DNA of 64,000 bases from NCBI RefSeq assembly GCF_009914755.1, contig NC_060947.1, one strand, 5' to 3'. Positions 1 to 13,786 of the stretch are shown piece by piece. Origin of the DNA: the human T2T-CHM13v2.0 reference genome, Homo sapiens. Within the stretch, counting starts at the first letter, position 1. Each line of letters starts with the position of its first letter. Both the position numbers and the translations under genes were made by a program. The notes below the pieces were generated by a model that worked only from the letters and a program-made list of their open reading frames with translations, was not told where the DNA came from and did not search any database.

Positions 1-526
1 ATAAGAAGAAAGAAAGTCAAATTATCTTTGTTTGCAAATTACATGATCTTATATCTAGAAAATCCTATTGTCTCAATTCAAAAGCTTCTTAAGCTGACAG
101 TTAACTTCAGCAAAGTCTCAGGATACAAAATAAATGTGCAAAAATCTCTAGCATTCCTATAAACCAAAAGCAGGCAAACAGAAAGCCAAACCTTGAATGA
201 ACTCCCATTCACAATTGCTACAAAGGGAATAAAATACCTAGGAATACAACTAACAAGGGAAGTGAAGGGCCCCTTCAAGGAAGACTACAAACCACTGCTC
301 AAGGAAATAAGAGAGGACACAAACAAATGGAAAAACATTCCATCCTCATGAACAGGAAGAATCAATATCATAAAAATGGCCATATTGCCCAAAGTAATTT
401 ATAGATTCAATGCTATTCCCATCAAACTACTATTGACATTCTTCACAGAATTAGAAAAAAAAACTACTTTAAAATTCATATGGAATCAAAAAAGAGCCCA
501 AATAGCCAAGACAACCCAAAGCAAAG
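1..526 (+). mobile_element. L1 (L1PA/L1PB-type) ORF2 RT-region fragment, runs off window start
   Basis: Matches L1 ORF2 consensus (ttcagcaaagtctcaggatacaaaataaatgtgcaaaaatc; aaaatacctaggaatacaactaacaaggga; tatagattcaatgctattcccatcaaactac); ends abruptly near 526 with no 3'UTR. Confidence 0.93.
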
Positions 527-844
527 ATGACTAATTTTCATGATATATATAGTCATGTGATAGTTTACAATTAACCTTTACTGGCTCATCATAACTTTAT
601 GTATAAGGATGCTTATTGATTCAGCTACTAAGTAAGGAAGAGGAATGTAAGAAGCAATTTTGCTAACCATTTCAGGGTGCCTTATTCAGCAAATGTTGAC
701 ATTGATAACTCCAAAAATGCTTAAGAATTCCTAGCTCTAATACATTATCCTATTGTTAATTTTCCTTATAAGGCTATATAATTACAGGAATAAATATTTC
801 AATTCCCAGTAAATTAATACAGAAGGCAGTATACACCAGAGTTA

Positions 845-1775
845 CAGGGATACTTCAGAGATATTGCAGGTTTTGTTCTAGGTCATCTCAATAAGTGAAT
901 ATCACAATAGAGTTGTGTGAATTTTTTGGTTTCTCAGTGCATATAAAAGTTATGTTTATACTATAATGTATTCTATTAAATGTGCAATAGCATCATGTCT
1001 AAAAATCAATGTATATACCTTAATTTAAAAATTCTTTATTGCTAAAAAAATGCTAATGATCATCTGAGCCTTCAGTGGATTGTAATCTTTTTGCTAGTGG
1101 AGGGTCTTGCCTCCATATTGACGGCTGTTGACTGACCAGGATGGTGGTTGCTGAAATTTGGAGTGGCTATGGCAATTTCTTAAAATAAGATAGTAATGAA
1201 GTTTGCCACATTGATTGTCTCTCCCTTTCACAAAAGATTTCTCTGTAGCATGCAATGCTGTTTGATGGTATTTTACCCACAGTACAACTTCTTTCAAAAT
1301 TACCGTCAATCCTTCCAAGTTCTACCACTGCTTTATCATCTAAGTTTATGGAATATTCTAAATCCTTTGTTGTCATTTCAACAATTTTCATAGCACCTTC
1401 ACCAGGATTAGATTCCACCTCAAGAAACCACTTTCTTTGCTCATCTGTAAGAAACAACTTATTCATCAAATTTTATCATGAGATTGAAGTAATTCAGTCA
1501 CATCTTCAGGCTCCATTTCTAATTCAAGTTACCTTGCAATTTGCACCACATCTGCAGTGACTTCCTTCACTGAAGTCTTGAACCCCTCAAAGTCACCCAT
1601 GAGGGTCAGAATAAACTTCATGCAAACTTCCGTTACTCTTGATATTTTCACCTCCTCCCATGAATCATGTGTGTTCTTAATGGCATCTAGAATGGTGAAT
1701 CCTTTCCAGAAGGTTTTCAATTTACTTGGACCAGATCCATCAGAGGAACCGTTATGCATGGCAGGTATAGCTTAA
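845..1775 (-). mobile_element. Tigger1 DNA transposon, 3' part with decayed transposase
   Basis: TA (843-844) then TIR-like cagggatacttcagagatattgcagg; minus ORFs 1529-1759 ([27 protein letters not shown]) and 1167-1469 (DEQRKWFLEVES..TTKDLEYSINL..SLLSYFKKLP) are the Tigger1/TIGD1 transposase C-terminus. Confidence 0.93.
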
Positions 1776-3164
1776 TAAATATACGTACATGTAAATATAT
1801 AAACATTACTTGTATATGCCTATGTATGGATTATCTTAACATAAAAATCTGAAAGAAACAAGGCTTGACTTGAATTAAATTCTTGTGTTTCGAATGGGAT
1901 AAATTCCTCACAGTTTTGAAAGTTGGTACCAGATAGCCCAGGGAAAACTGCTATAATTCCTCAAAAAATCAGCAGTTTAGATTTAAAACGAAACTGTTTA
2001 CTTATCTGGCTTTCTTGCAAAGACCTTCAGGGAGTTCAAATGCATCTTTCCTGTACACATACGTATCTACAGCAAATGTCCAGGACTTGACGGATTTTTA
2101 GAAACATATTAGAATATGTATCGTCTTAAATAAAATGAAACTATCAATTTTGTAAGGAATTTCTATTATACTGACAAAAGCCCATTATACCTCACAAATG
2201 AATATTACCAGTATTTCCATTAAATGAGAGCACAACTGCCACTTCCAGGTAAAACAATAACAATAACATCAACAATGAAAAACCTGCTGAAGGATGGATA
2301 TTTGCTCTGTCCTTTCTTTCTTTGACTGAATAGTAAAGAAGTTGAATGCATGGAGCACTATATGAGCTAGAATGAATGAATCTTGATTGGTGTTCAGCCA
2401 AACTGAAAATTATATCTAAGCTATTCAATCTCAGTCCAGTCAAATGCAAAGCCAGTTAAATGGTCCTTTGTTTAGGAATGTTAAGTGTCTGGGCAGCGAT
2501 TGAAGTGAACCTAGATATCAAAGTGTTTTTGAAGTACCTACCATATCGATTTTCTAATCATAATGATTGATAACCCTAAGTATGCTGGCATTTTTACTCA
2601 TCCTTGAAATATAACTGCTACCTATGATTTTCACATGCTAACTTTTGCTGTTGGCTTCTAATCCAAGTGGTCACAGTAGATTCATCAGGTAGTTTCCTCT
2701 GCCTCAATATTAATGAAAATTTCTAAACACTGTTTAGGAATTATGTATTTATTTTGAAATTGACAGAAATACAGAGCAGACTATTGGGAGGTAAAACGTG
2801 GTAACACTGTCTATCTGTATTAACATGCCTTAATTGTAGCTTTCATGTTCTGCCATATCTCTAGGATCAACTGTACAACAATAACGAAGCAGGTGATTTA
2901 TTTTTCACTTGTTTCAGTTAAGCGGAAAGTTGCAATGATCTTGGAAACTGGAGCAGTCTCTGGATCAAATATCATGAGTTAAATATATTCAGTATAAATA
3001 CTCCCTAGAAGTCCTACATAATAGCTAATAATACATTTTAGAGATAATTTAACTTAAGCCTGAAGGACTGGGAATTTTGGTGTACTTGACCAATTAAGGC
3101 AATTAAGGGGAGTTATTCACCATAAAGTATTTCTTATTAATGGCTCACATAGAATTTTACTGAC

Positions 3165-3280
3165 ATTGCCTGTTTGGTTGTCTGAACCCCAAATGAATTG
3201 TGACATCTCGAGGGGTGGCATGCTGTCCCATTCATCATCATGTCCCAGGTGCCTAGCACCATTCAAATATTTGAATTAAA
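3165..3280 (+). mobile_element. L2 3'-end fragment
   Basis: gaattgtgacatctcgagggg..tgtcccaggtgcctagcac..tcaaatatttgaat resembles the L2 3' terminus. Confidence 0.5.
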
Positions 3281-5766
3281 TTATATCTTCAAGATCATGA
3301 AGTATTTAACTCCAACAGTGAGAAAGCACCCTTTGCTTATGGGTAACCAGTTGCCTTTTGTGTTTTAAAATTATTATTTAACATTTTAATATAAAAAATA
3401 AAATAATTCAACAGGTCCGACCACAGCAGGCATTTGATATAATTTTTAATAAGTAAATATTGCTAACCAGTATTAGAAAAACTTTATTAAAAATGATTTG
3501 GTTATTAGTAACTTTGAAGCTCATTTAAAATACATGTGGGTTATTTGTGAGTTACTTTATAAGAGTGACTGTATCTGAGTTGTTTTGTTTGCAGAGATTT
3601 TTGTTGAGATATATTAAAGATATAAAACTTGTAAGTCACCCTTAGAAAGCATATTTTTCCACATGCATAATTTCTTTTCTCATTCCCTTGAATCTGTGTC
3701 ATATTCTGTTTCTGAACTTTATATTGAATTGCAAATATTCATAGCATTCAATTTCTAGCCAAATAGAAAAAAATGAGATGATAATATATTCCAAAAAATG
3801 AGGCATATTAATATAATTATATTAAAACAGGCTTTGTCTTTCTGTCCCTTTTTCAGTCTCTGGGACTTCAACTACAAGAGAACACCTTCTCAGGTCTTAA
3901 GTAATTCCTTTAAAGACATGTTATGATTCTGTCAAATTAATCAAACCAATTTTGGAGGATTTGGAAATGACATCAATCACTCTGTGCTTATTTTGTTAGT
4001 ATTCGTTTACTCATTCTTCCATTTTCTGCTTACTTTTATACTCACAATATCCATTCCATGGCCATTTAATATTAAATATCTCACTATAATATATTCAACT
4101 TAAAAAATTGTATCTAAAATATGTCACTACTTCTACTATTTGCAAATAGACCACGGCCATTGAGAAATGGTGCCAAAAATGCCATCTTTTCTCAGAGACG
4201 TTTTAATAGCAGAGATAACATGTTTAGGCATCTAATGTATCAATTACCTTCTGGATTTTCTTTTTGTTTAGAAAACTTTCAACAATGCTTGTATATCTAC
4301 TTGTAAACGGGGATACTAGCCTTCTTCTTTCTAGAGAGAAGCCCTGAATTTGACCTCCCCATGCCAAATCAAGCAATCAAACAAAAAATAATTGCCTGTT
4401 GTGACTTGCCTAAAAATATCAGGTGCAAGATAGAAGTCCAGGGATGAATATTAGACTATATACCTCTAGAAGCAATTTATTCACTTGGCAGGATTAATGA
4501 AGAATGAAAAAAAAAGTTTATTTTTATAAAAAGGAGGCAGAATTACTATGGAAAAAATAAACCAGTTGTTTGTCAATCTGTAGAAGTTAGTAAATGATAG
4601 AACAGATATCTTGCCTCATTGCTTCCCTTTCATTATCCTTTGCTATTTCTGAGAGCCTGCTAGTCACAGAAGACTAAGTTTAGAAGTTGTCATCATTATT
4701 ATCATGTTAATTTTGAACACACACTGTCAAGCCTTAATACTTTCAGGTTGCATCTATTTGAGAATACATGAAACTCCTCAGTACCAAATGTGAAGCAAAT
4801 TCCTGCATTAGAAGGATTCAGTACAACATCTATATCTCTAGATGCTGGTTGGACTGGTTTTAAAGTATCATAATAATTCTAGTTTGAAAGCTTTTGCTTC
4901 ACATTCATTATACATGTGAATGTTGCTGTTTTAGCCTTATGTGATTTTATTCTAGACTCCTGAAAAGTTTTTAATGGGAACCCTGGGGCTAGGGCCTACT
5001 TAGAAAACTATTAACAACACATATGACATAGGAGAGTTCAAGGGAAAAAAACTGCAACAGTTCTTAAGTAATTATTCATATTAGAATATGATCAAAAGAG
5101 TGTAGTCATCTGCTTGCCCAGCAAAGATTCGCAAGTTTAGTTGCACTTTCCCAACCTCCTCTCCAGGTCACAAATGTATAAACAATCCTTCTATTTGAAC
5201 TCAAGTATCAATTACAGTTAATCTCTCTGGTCTTTCCATTCAAATTCTTCAGGCTTTGTGTTTTCGACTGATTTACTTGAAGAACTCTTTTATCATGGCA
5301 TTGCTTTACATAAGAATTTTATGGCCTAGCATATCAAAAACAAAGTCTCCACCTCCTTTTAAAATGACATATAAAATAAATGTATATACACATATATATA
5401 AGTAGATACATTATTTGGGCCAAGTTTGAGGGCTGCAATAATCTGGAAGTGTAGATTCAAGTTGCCCTGAATATATATGCTCCTCCCATCCACTTTTGAA
5501 GGCACTCTATTCTGTCTTCACAGCTAACTAACCAAAATGTAAACTTGGATGAAACCCAGAAGAGTTTTCAGTCAGGGTTAAGACAATCTGAGAAATCAAA
5601 CATAGCTATATAAATATAGCTGGGCAGGGATCAGAAGCTGAGACATCTGGGACATCTGAAGTTCTTACAGGTTAAAGCAATATATCAATTCAAAGGAACT
5701 ATGCAAGATTTGAGGGGCTGGAAGCTCTTGAAGAGAAATACAGAAAATGGCTCAAAATGTGTTGGA

Positions 5767-6190
5767 TGTATTAGTCACTTATTGCTCCACCATTTCCTAA
5801 AATAAATAAAAGAACAACTGCTTATCAGTCTATGGGTCACTGGATATTTCTGCTGATTTAAACCAGGCTTCATATATATCCACTGAGATCACATATGTAT
5901 CTGTGGTCAGTTGATGGGTCAACTGGAATACTAGCTTATATAGCAGGAAATCGCGGATAAACCAGTTCTCCTACATGTATTTCTTACATTTCTCCAGCAG
6001 GCTAGCCCAGGCATCTTGTCATGATGTCAGCAGAAGTCAAAGAGAGAAAAGTCAAATGCATGAGCACTTTTCAAGTCTCTGCTTGCTTTAATCTTGCAAT
6101 GCTACGCTAGCCAAATCAAGGCATATGGCCAAGACCAGAGTCAGTGTGGAAAACCACCATCAAAAGGCCTGGATACAGAGAGGCATAACA
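5767..6190 (-). mobile_element. MaLR solo LTR (MLT1H-like)
   Basis: Starts tgtattagtca; contains ctccagcaggctagcccaggc, gcacttttcaagtctctgcttgc and atggccaagaccagagtcagtgtgga typical of MLT1H. Confidence 0.7.
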
Positions 6191-7639
6191 TAACCATAGT
6201 AGGTTAAAAAAAATTGAGATAATGGCCTTATAGGGAAAGTAGAGTGAAAGGGAATCTAACCCTTAGATTAGGATAGACCCTATTTATATTTTGCTCATTT
6301 TTCCTTTTTATTTTATTTGTAAAGAAAGTGTGCTCATGGATGAACCATATTTATGTTGTAATAGCAATTGCTGCTAATTTCCCAATAAAACTCTATGGCA
6401 CAAGTGCTTGTCCTGTATTTTATATTTTCCCAGGAGTCGTAGAAAAGAGGGATATGACACCTGGAAATGTTCCATAAAACTAATTACTTTGGGGAATTCA
6501 TAAACATTGCACAGATGGAAGTGTTATGTGAAAAAAGTAGCCCCCAATCCTTCAAGATAAAAAGCCCATACTTCTAAATTGAATGTCAATATTTCCTAGA
6601 AAAGAAATAACTGTCTATTCTGGTTCTGGGCTTTTAGTTAGTCTTACCACCCTCTACCAATTAGTATTTAAAATATTCACCTGAAAATTCTCTGTCACCC
6701 TCCTTGCTTAGTCCTAAACTGGCTATACTCTGATTACATCTCTACTGGGCTTTAAACTCATAGCTTTTTGATCCTGAATTAAGTCTCAATTTTTGGCACC
6801 TGCGTACTTAGTTTTGTTGTTTCCCAAGTATTTGAAACTCACCTCTTTGTCTTCCGGTATTCCCCAAAGCATCAGTTAGAAAATTTATCCCATCCCCTTT
6901 AAAACCAAACATCATTTCTAGTAATTAGTCAGAAGATTCCATGGAGGAGGAGGTAGGGTGGGGAGTCACAACAGTGAACAGGATAATCATAGTGTGTAGC
7001 GTCAGTAGAACTTATAATTGAGTGGAGAAAGTACATAATAACATTTCAATAGAATTGATATCATTTGTCTGCATAAACTTTGTGATATCTCAAAGCTTCT
7101 TCAATGTAAGGTACTGTATTTGATACAGAGGTAAGATAAAACAATAAGGCCCTCATGTCTCCTCTTAAGGAACTTGCAAATTAGTAAGAAGAAAGATATA
7201 ATCTAATGATAGTTGAAAATGATAGACTCTGAAACTTCAGAGATCTAGCAAGAGAAATATGGTAAGATAATATATTCTTTCACTTGCTAAATGGATGTGC
7301 TGAAAAGTATTGGCACACTGAGTATGTGGCCAGCTTTTCTCCAATAAGGAAAAAACAACCCTATGGTGTTCATTAGAAAAACAATTTATAGATGCCTATA
7401 GTCATACATTAACCTACCTTGTATCCCAAGAATTTGCCTACAAGAGAAGAAAGAACTTATGGGGACTATGGAGAGTAGCTATGCAGAGATAATATACCTT
7501 TCACTTCTCTGACTCCCATAGATTAGCAAAATAAGGATAGGTAAGATCTTGGTTTACCTTAATAAATTTTAATTATAGAAAAAATGTCTTAACAGCAGAA
7601 AAAAGCAATTTATTTTTAAAACCTGTTGCTCTGACAAGC

Positions 7640-8125
7640 CCCCCAAACACTAATGCCCACAACAAATATATGGTCTATAATGCCTGGCTGTATCTGAGCT
7701 CCATCTGCCTCACCAAACACTTCCCCTGCTAGTCTCTGACTGGCTGACTCTGCCACAAGTCTTGTGATATAATTTCAGTTTCTGGAACAGGTGAAATTCC
7801 CTACCACCTCAAGGTCTTTAGAAAGGCTGTTTCCTCTTCCTGAAGATCTCTAAGCATCGATCCCATCCCTTGCAACACCAATAGTCAGTTCTGACTTTAC
7901 CATACAGATCTCAGAGTAGATGTCACTTCCTTAGAGGGGTATCCCCTTTCTATTTATTCTATCTAAAATATGTTTTTTTTCCTTGTTGGCTTCCTGGCAT
8001 CATATTGTTCTGCAATAATTTGTCTATATACTTCCTTCCTTGTACTAATAACTGATCACTAACTGTAATTAAATGTTTTCTTTCTTTGTTTACTTGCTTA
8101 ACATCAGTCTCTCCCACTATGAGTT
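7640..8125 (+). mobile_element. L2 fragment
   Basis: cagatctcagagtagatgtcacttccttagagggg; ttgtttacttgcttaacatcagtctctcccacta. Confidence 0.55.
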
Positions 8126-8141
8126 CTATATATATTCATAG

Positions 8142-8428
8142 TGATATGGTTTGGATTTGTGTCCCTGCTCAAGTCTCATGTTCGAATTGTTTTCCCCAGT
8201 GTTCGAGGTGGGGCCTGGTGGAAGGTAATTGGACCCAATAGTATACTCACTCTGAATATACATTTCATTCATTTATTTAAAAGTTATATGTTAAATATAC
8301 ATTTGGTACCCTAAACTGCCATACTTCCTGTACAACCTGTGAAACCGTGAGCCAATTAAACCTCTTTTCTTGATAAATTACCCAGTCTTGGGTATTTCTT
8401 TATAGCAGTGTGAGAATGGACTAATACA
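8142..8428 (+). mobile_element. MaLR solo LTR (MSTA/MSTB) with centre replaced by ~80 bp non-LTR DNA
   Basis: tgatatggtttggatttgtgtccc start; gagccaattaaacctcttttc..gagaatggactaataca end; 5-bp TSD catag/cacag. Confidence 0.85.
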
Positions 8429-9109
8429 CACAGTAAGCTTGAAACCAATAATAAGTAATAAATATTATTGATGTAATTTATATTTTTGTTTAATCTTATA
8501 AGAAAACACCTGACTATGTTTGTCTTTTGTGTGTTTCCATGATAACTGACTAACTCATCTCACTGATTAAACATTATGATGATCTAACCACCGCTCCCAG
8601 GCTACCCAAACAGATACCAGCGCTTGCCTCATGGATAATCAAGATACAAATTATATCTGGCAGGAACTAAATCTCCCCTAAGGGTAGGCTTAGAGAATTT
8701 ATTATTATTTCCATGATGAGCAACATAATCTTAAATTATTTTCAAGACGTTTTTGGGGAAAGATAATATTTGACATCATCAGTAAAGCAACCTATTAATT
8801 GATATAGGTATTTTCTGTATTTGTTGACACTGGATTATTGGTCACCAGCCTCTGGGCATTTGCCGATAGCAAGCTAGGTGAACCAGTTGAATACTGACTC
8901 TCAGAGCATTGCTGCAGTTCAGTGAGTCACACCCAGTGAGCATATTTAACGATGAATTAACAGCATGTTTCATGTATACAACTCGCTGGAACAAGCTAAT
9001 TTCATAGTTTATATTAATATTTAACCAACCACAGTTAAACAAAACTCTCATCTATTACAGTGATTAAATTGATAGCTTTATCTCAAGTTAGATTAAAAGG
9101 TATTATTTC

Positions 9110-9740
9110 CTTTTTAAATCTGTGAATATACTTTATTTAGTCATTTTTGTTTACAACGGAAACTATGGGAAATCAAAATTAACATCCTTATCTGTGAGCT
9201 TCTTATAGACACCTGAAAAAGTGTCAACCTTGTGTTCCACATTGTTCTGCTGTGCTTTGACTAAATGAACCCTGATGAGCAAGCTGCCCTCCAGTTTCAC
9301 ACAGATTCTCTTGTCCACAACTTCACTTGGAAGACCAAGTCCTAAAGGATCACATCCTACACAGCTGTCAGAGTATGGCTCCTGGGATGCTTTTTCTTAT
9401 TTATTTATATTTTTTTTGTATGGCTTTTTTTGAGTTGGCTTGGGCAGAATTCTCCTCTGAGCAATAAAGATGACATACTTCCCAATGAACTTCTCCAGTT
9501 CACGTACTAGCTGAACTTGGATTTTCTGGAAAGATTTCAGTTGAATGGGAACAAAGATTATGATCACTTTCTGACCACCACCAACTTCAGTTTCCTTGGC
9601 TGCTGTGATATTCTGCTCCCTGTGCTGAGTCTTGAGGTCCAAGTTTATCTGCAGCTCCTGAAGAGCCTGGGCCCAAACTCAAACTTGTCCTTCTCCTTGC
9701 TGAAAGTCAGCTTAGGGAGAGGCCCAAGTCTCACGAGAGC
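9110..9740 (-). pseudogene. RPS7: Processed pseudogene of ribosomal protein S7 (eS7)
   Basis: Minus [64 protein letters not shown] matches RPS7; intronless; RPS7-like 5'UTR (ctctcgtgagacttgggcctctccctaag), stop at 9151-9153, AATAAA at 9132-9137; TSD aaaaggtattatttc (9095-9109)/aaaaagtattatttc (9753-9767); frameshifts and stops. Symbol is the parent gene. Confidence 0.95.
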
Positions 9741-10800
9741 TCATCAAATTCCAAAAAGTATTATTTCATGTTCAGTATTTTCTAGTTTTGTTTTGTTTTG
9801 TTTTGTTTTTTAACTCAAGCCTTGATGTGCTCAAGATACTAGGTTTCTAACGACAATCAAAGATAAATATTGTTTGTGTATAGACATCTGTGTGTGTGTG
9901 TTTCCCTCAACTAGGAAATTGCTTTCATATGGCAGTAAAAAAGTTATTGTCTTCATCTAAGGAAGTATCCAAAGAAATCCCTATAATGGTGGCTAAGTAT
10001 TAAATAGCAGATATCCTCATGCTGTAGATTTGAAAATTCTCAAGCCATATTCACCATCATCCTAGAATGTTAATGCTACATGTGTTAAATGATTATAATC
10101 AATCAGAGGTCATTTGACAAGTACTTTCTTCATTTTTTTTTAAATAAACAATATTTAAGTCTTGGCAATATGACCAGCCTAATAAAGAAATCGGAAAAAA
10201 ATCATACATGTGATATTTATTTCCATAGGCAAGCTCCATGCTACTTAATATCACATATTTTCCTGTACTATAATCTTATTTTAGTGCCACAATGGTACAG
10301 TTAGTCTCCTTTGCTGTTGTGTAACTTCCTTCAACCATTTAAAATCTGTTGATTTGCTATTTTTGCTTCCATGTAGTTTCATTTAAAAGTCAAATATACT
10401 TGGCATTTGCTAAAGTCATAGCTCTTACTCTTCTTGGAAATTCTCTGCAAGCTTACATTTTATTTAAAAAATTCATCTGCAGTAGCATAAAATTTACAAT
10501 TTCAATTCTGTTTAAGCTTTGAATGACAAATTGTCCTATTATCTCATTTCTTTCTTGCTTTATTTGACTAAACAAATGCCCTACAGTAGGAACATTTACT
10601 TGTGAAGTGAAAATTAATCCATCCTTTTTAGAACTCTGCAATATAATCTCTATAATACCCCACATCAGTAAAAGTAATGAATACTTCATATCTACCTTCA
10701 CCATTCTATTAAAGGTGTCATACACATTTTTGTAAAGAAAAAACACAGAACGTCATCCACTTTCCATTGCCCAAATCTACCATTTTGTTATTTCAAAGTA

Positions 10801-11106
10801 TTTTATTTTTATTTTTAAGGGACAGTCTCATTTCTATTGCCCAGGCTTGAGTGCAGTGGCACAATCATAGTTCACTATAACCTCAAACTCCTAGGCTCAG
10901 GCAATTATCCCACCCCAAGCTCCCGAGGAACTACACTATAGGTGCATACCACTATGCCCAACTAATTTTACAATTTTATTTTATTTTTTATAAGTAGGGT
11001 ATCACTATGTTGTCCACCTTGGTGTCAAATTCCTGGCCTCAAGTGATCTTCCTGTCTCAGCCTCCCAAAGTTCTGGGATCACTGGTGTGAGCCACCTTGC
11101 CCAGCC
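10801..11106 (-). mobile_element. AluJ (old Alu)
   Basis: Dimeric Alu reverse complement with J-type features (cacaatcatagttcactataacctcaaactcctaggctcagg), CpG-depleted. Confidence 0.9.
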
Positions 11107-13214
11107 TCAAAATAGTTCAGTAACAAATAAAGCCTTCTTTTAAATTTCAAATTCTACCCCCCTGTTTTTTATATATTTTTTTCTAAATAATAAGTGGCTG
11201 TTTCTTAGTAGCAGTAATATTTGGTTCTTAAAATTATTTTTTATTTTTCATCTAAAAAGTAAAATACCACAAAATAACTGGCATTTACTTCCAAATATAT
11301 TTTTCCTTTTATTTCACGGCCTCCACCCCACAAAAAAACATTCCTTCTCTTTTCTCTCCAATGAGTTCATTTGCTACTGTTACTTTTGGCATCTATAGAA
11401 TTTCAAATAAATTCTGTACTTTAGTACCTGAGCTAGAGAGGTCAATCATTGGTGGGTAGCAAATGATCAAACAAGACTGTTACAAGACTGTTTTCCAAAA
11501 ATGATGAAAAAAATCCATTTGTCATGACAGTAAGGAGGAAAAAACTGTAGAAAGATGTGCAGTCTGTTAGCTCATCTTACCTTTTATTGATGGTTAAAGT
11601 ATGCATGATTCCGAAAGTATACAGTTTAGCATGTTTGAAATTTTCAACTCTACCTAATTGTATAAAATATGTACCACCTTTTTAATTAATTTATAAGAAA
11701 ATTTCATCAGTGTTATTTTGATATAATACTTCATATTATTTTGCTGTCATGCAGAAGATGAACTTCTTTTTAATAAAACTATTTGCTTCAAGATTGTTCT
11801 CATGGCTCTTAGTCCATACAATTCCTAACAGGATACAAATATAATCAATTAATAAGTTAATGTATTTAGGAGTAATTTTGAGCACAATATTTTACTTTTA
11901 TCCTCTTTTATTATGCTCTACTTAAATTATTATTGGTGCTCATTCTTTTTAGTTAAAGGCCATCCTAGGACTAATATAGTAGAGTTGAGCAGCCACATTT
12001 TTCTCAGTAAAATGCAAAATAGAGATTCTCTAACTTGTTTTCCTATAAGCTGTCCTGTGTTTAAAGTGTATAAGGTAAAAAAATAAATTTGTTTAAATTG
12101 TGATTTTTCAAGTGGATAATTATAAAAGTAAATTAGAACTAAAATCAATGCAATTAATAAAATGTGTCATAAAATAGAATGTCAACACTTAAATGTACCA
12201 CATCAGTGACAAGAGAGGTAAAACCTTTCAAGAAGTTAAAATAAGAAAAACCTTAATTGAATAAAAATAAAATAAATAAAACTTTATCTCATGTGCCATG
12301 TTTAGGAGAACTCTTAGACCTATTTTCAGATGTATCTGGATTTGTGTAGGAAATCTTAACTCTCATTTAGATTACAACCTCTTCCATAAGACTTGAAATT
12401 ATAGGATTCTATCCAATGCCAATGAGCTTCATTACAGTTGAGACTCTGATAATATGTAACATCAATTTTACATTATTTCACATAACATATTTATCTGTGG
12501 TTTATTTGATCCCTGCTATTACTGATGTATGAGTTTTAATCTATGGTTTAATTCACACAAATATCCAGAGGTTACCACTTACATTAAATGCATACTTATG
12601 TAATATATTTCCTATTATCCTGTTAGGATTCCATTCACTTCTTGTTTGTTTTCTGACAGGTACACAAGACTCCTATTGTTAATAGCATTGTAAAAGAGAA
12701 GAAAGGCCTTGTTCCTTTTAAGTTGAGTAACTAAAAAGAGAATAGTGACTAAAGATAAGCTGTGGTAACAGGGCAAAGCAAAGCAAACTTAGTGAAGTCT
12801 AATAAAAATAGTGAGTCAAACAAGGCCAAAATGAGGTAGAAAACATTAATGTAACTAGAATCTGAGACTCCCATCTTTGTTTCGCTGTGTTCCAAAAGAG
12901 GATTCTATATATATATATATGTTAAGGGGACATAATATCTTAGCTATGTTCACATAAGGAGTAGCACAAAACTAGTTCATAACAAAAGTGGTCATAGATA
13001 AGCTATTGGGGGTTCTGTTAATCTTGGACTGGAATTGAAATGTAGTGACAATAGGATGCCCCCACTTGCCGTCATATAGACACTCCTAAAGGTAGAGAAC
13101 CCTTTCTAGAGAACCTTAGTTTATAATCTTTGTAAGACCTCAAGGAGGACCATGTTTCACTGGAATATAAAATGTCTGGAGAATCCAATTTTGCTTTAGG
13201 CTGATGTGAGGAAG

Positions 13215-13222
13215 AGATAGAG

Positions 13223-13269
<47 letters not shown>

Positions 13270-13332
13270 GATAGATAATAGATAGATAGATAGATAGATG
13301 ATAGATAGATAATAGATGATAGATAGATAGAT

Positions 13333-13368
<36 letters not shown>
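13215..13368. repeat. Interrupted (GATA)n tetranucleotide microsatellite, ~150 bp
   Basis: Directly visible gata repeats with gat/aata interruptions. Confidence 0.97.
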
Positions 13369-13786
13369 CCCAAATTCCTACATAATCTAGTCATGCCCTC
13401 AGTATTCCTGAGCTAGGAAGGTTCAGAGAAAGATGGAAACATTGCTTCATCCATTAAGTGAGGCCAAGGAGACTAACAGTAGTTTGAGAATGTGAACCCA
13501 ACTTCTTTTCATGCCTTTCAGGATGTGATAGAGTTAATAGAATTTGGAAAATTTTAATAGAAACATCCCCCAAAATGACAAATATCTTGAATTAACCTGC
13601 ATTTTTGATGTTTAATAGTAATTTATATTAAAATTTTACGTCAATAATTTATCATATTATTACATAATATTCATTGCCTTTAGCTGTCAAAAGCTTCCCA
13701 GAGATACTGAATCTGTAGTAAGCAGAGTATTCTAAAGCCTCGTGTCTCTACTAGATTCTAAGAACTCCACAAATTCAAAGAATGTT

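Noticed and set aside
5070-5490. Possible ERV1 LTR fragments
   Set aside because: Only short resemblance (ttatttgggccaagtttgag..gattcaagttgccctgaata); could not define family or boundaries
13140-13394. YLSI-repeat ORF
   Set aside because: Translation of the GATA repeat
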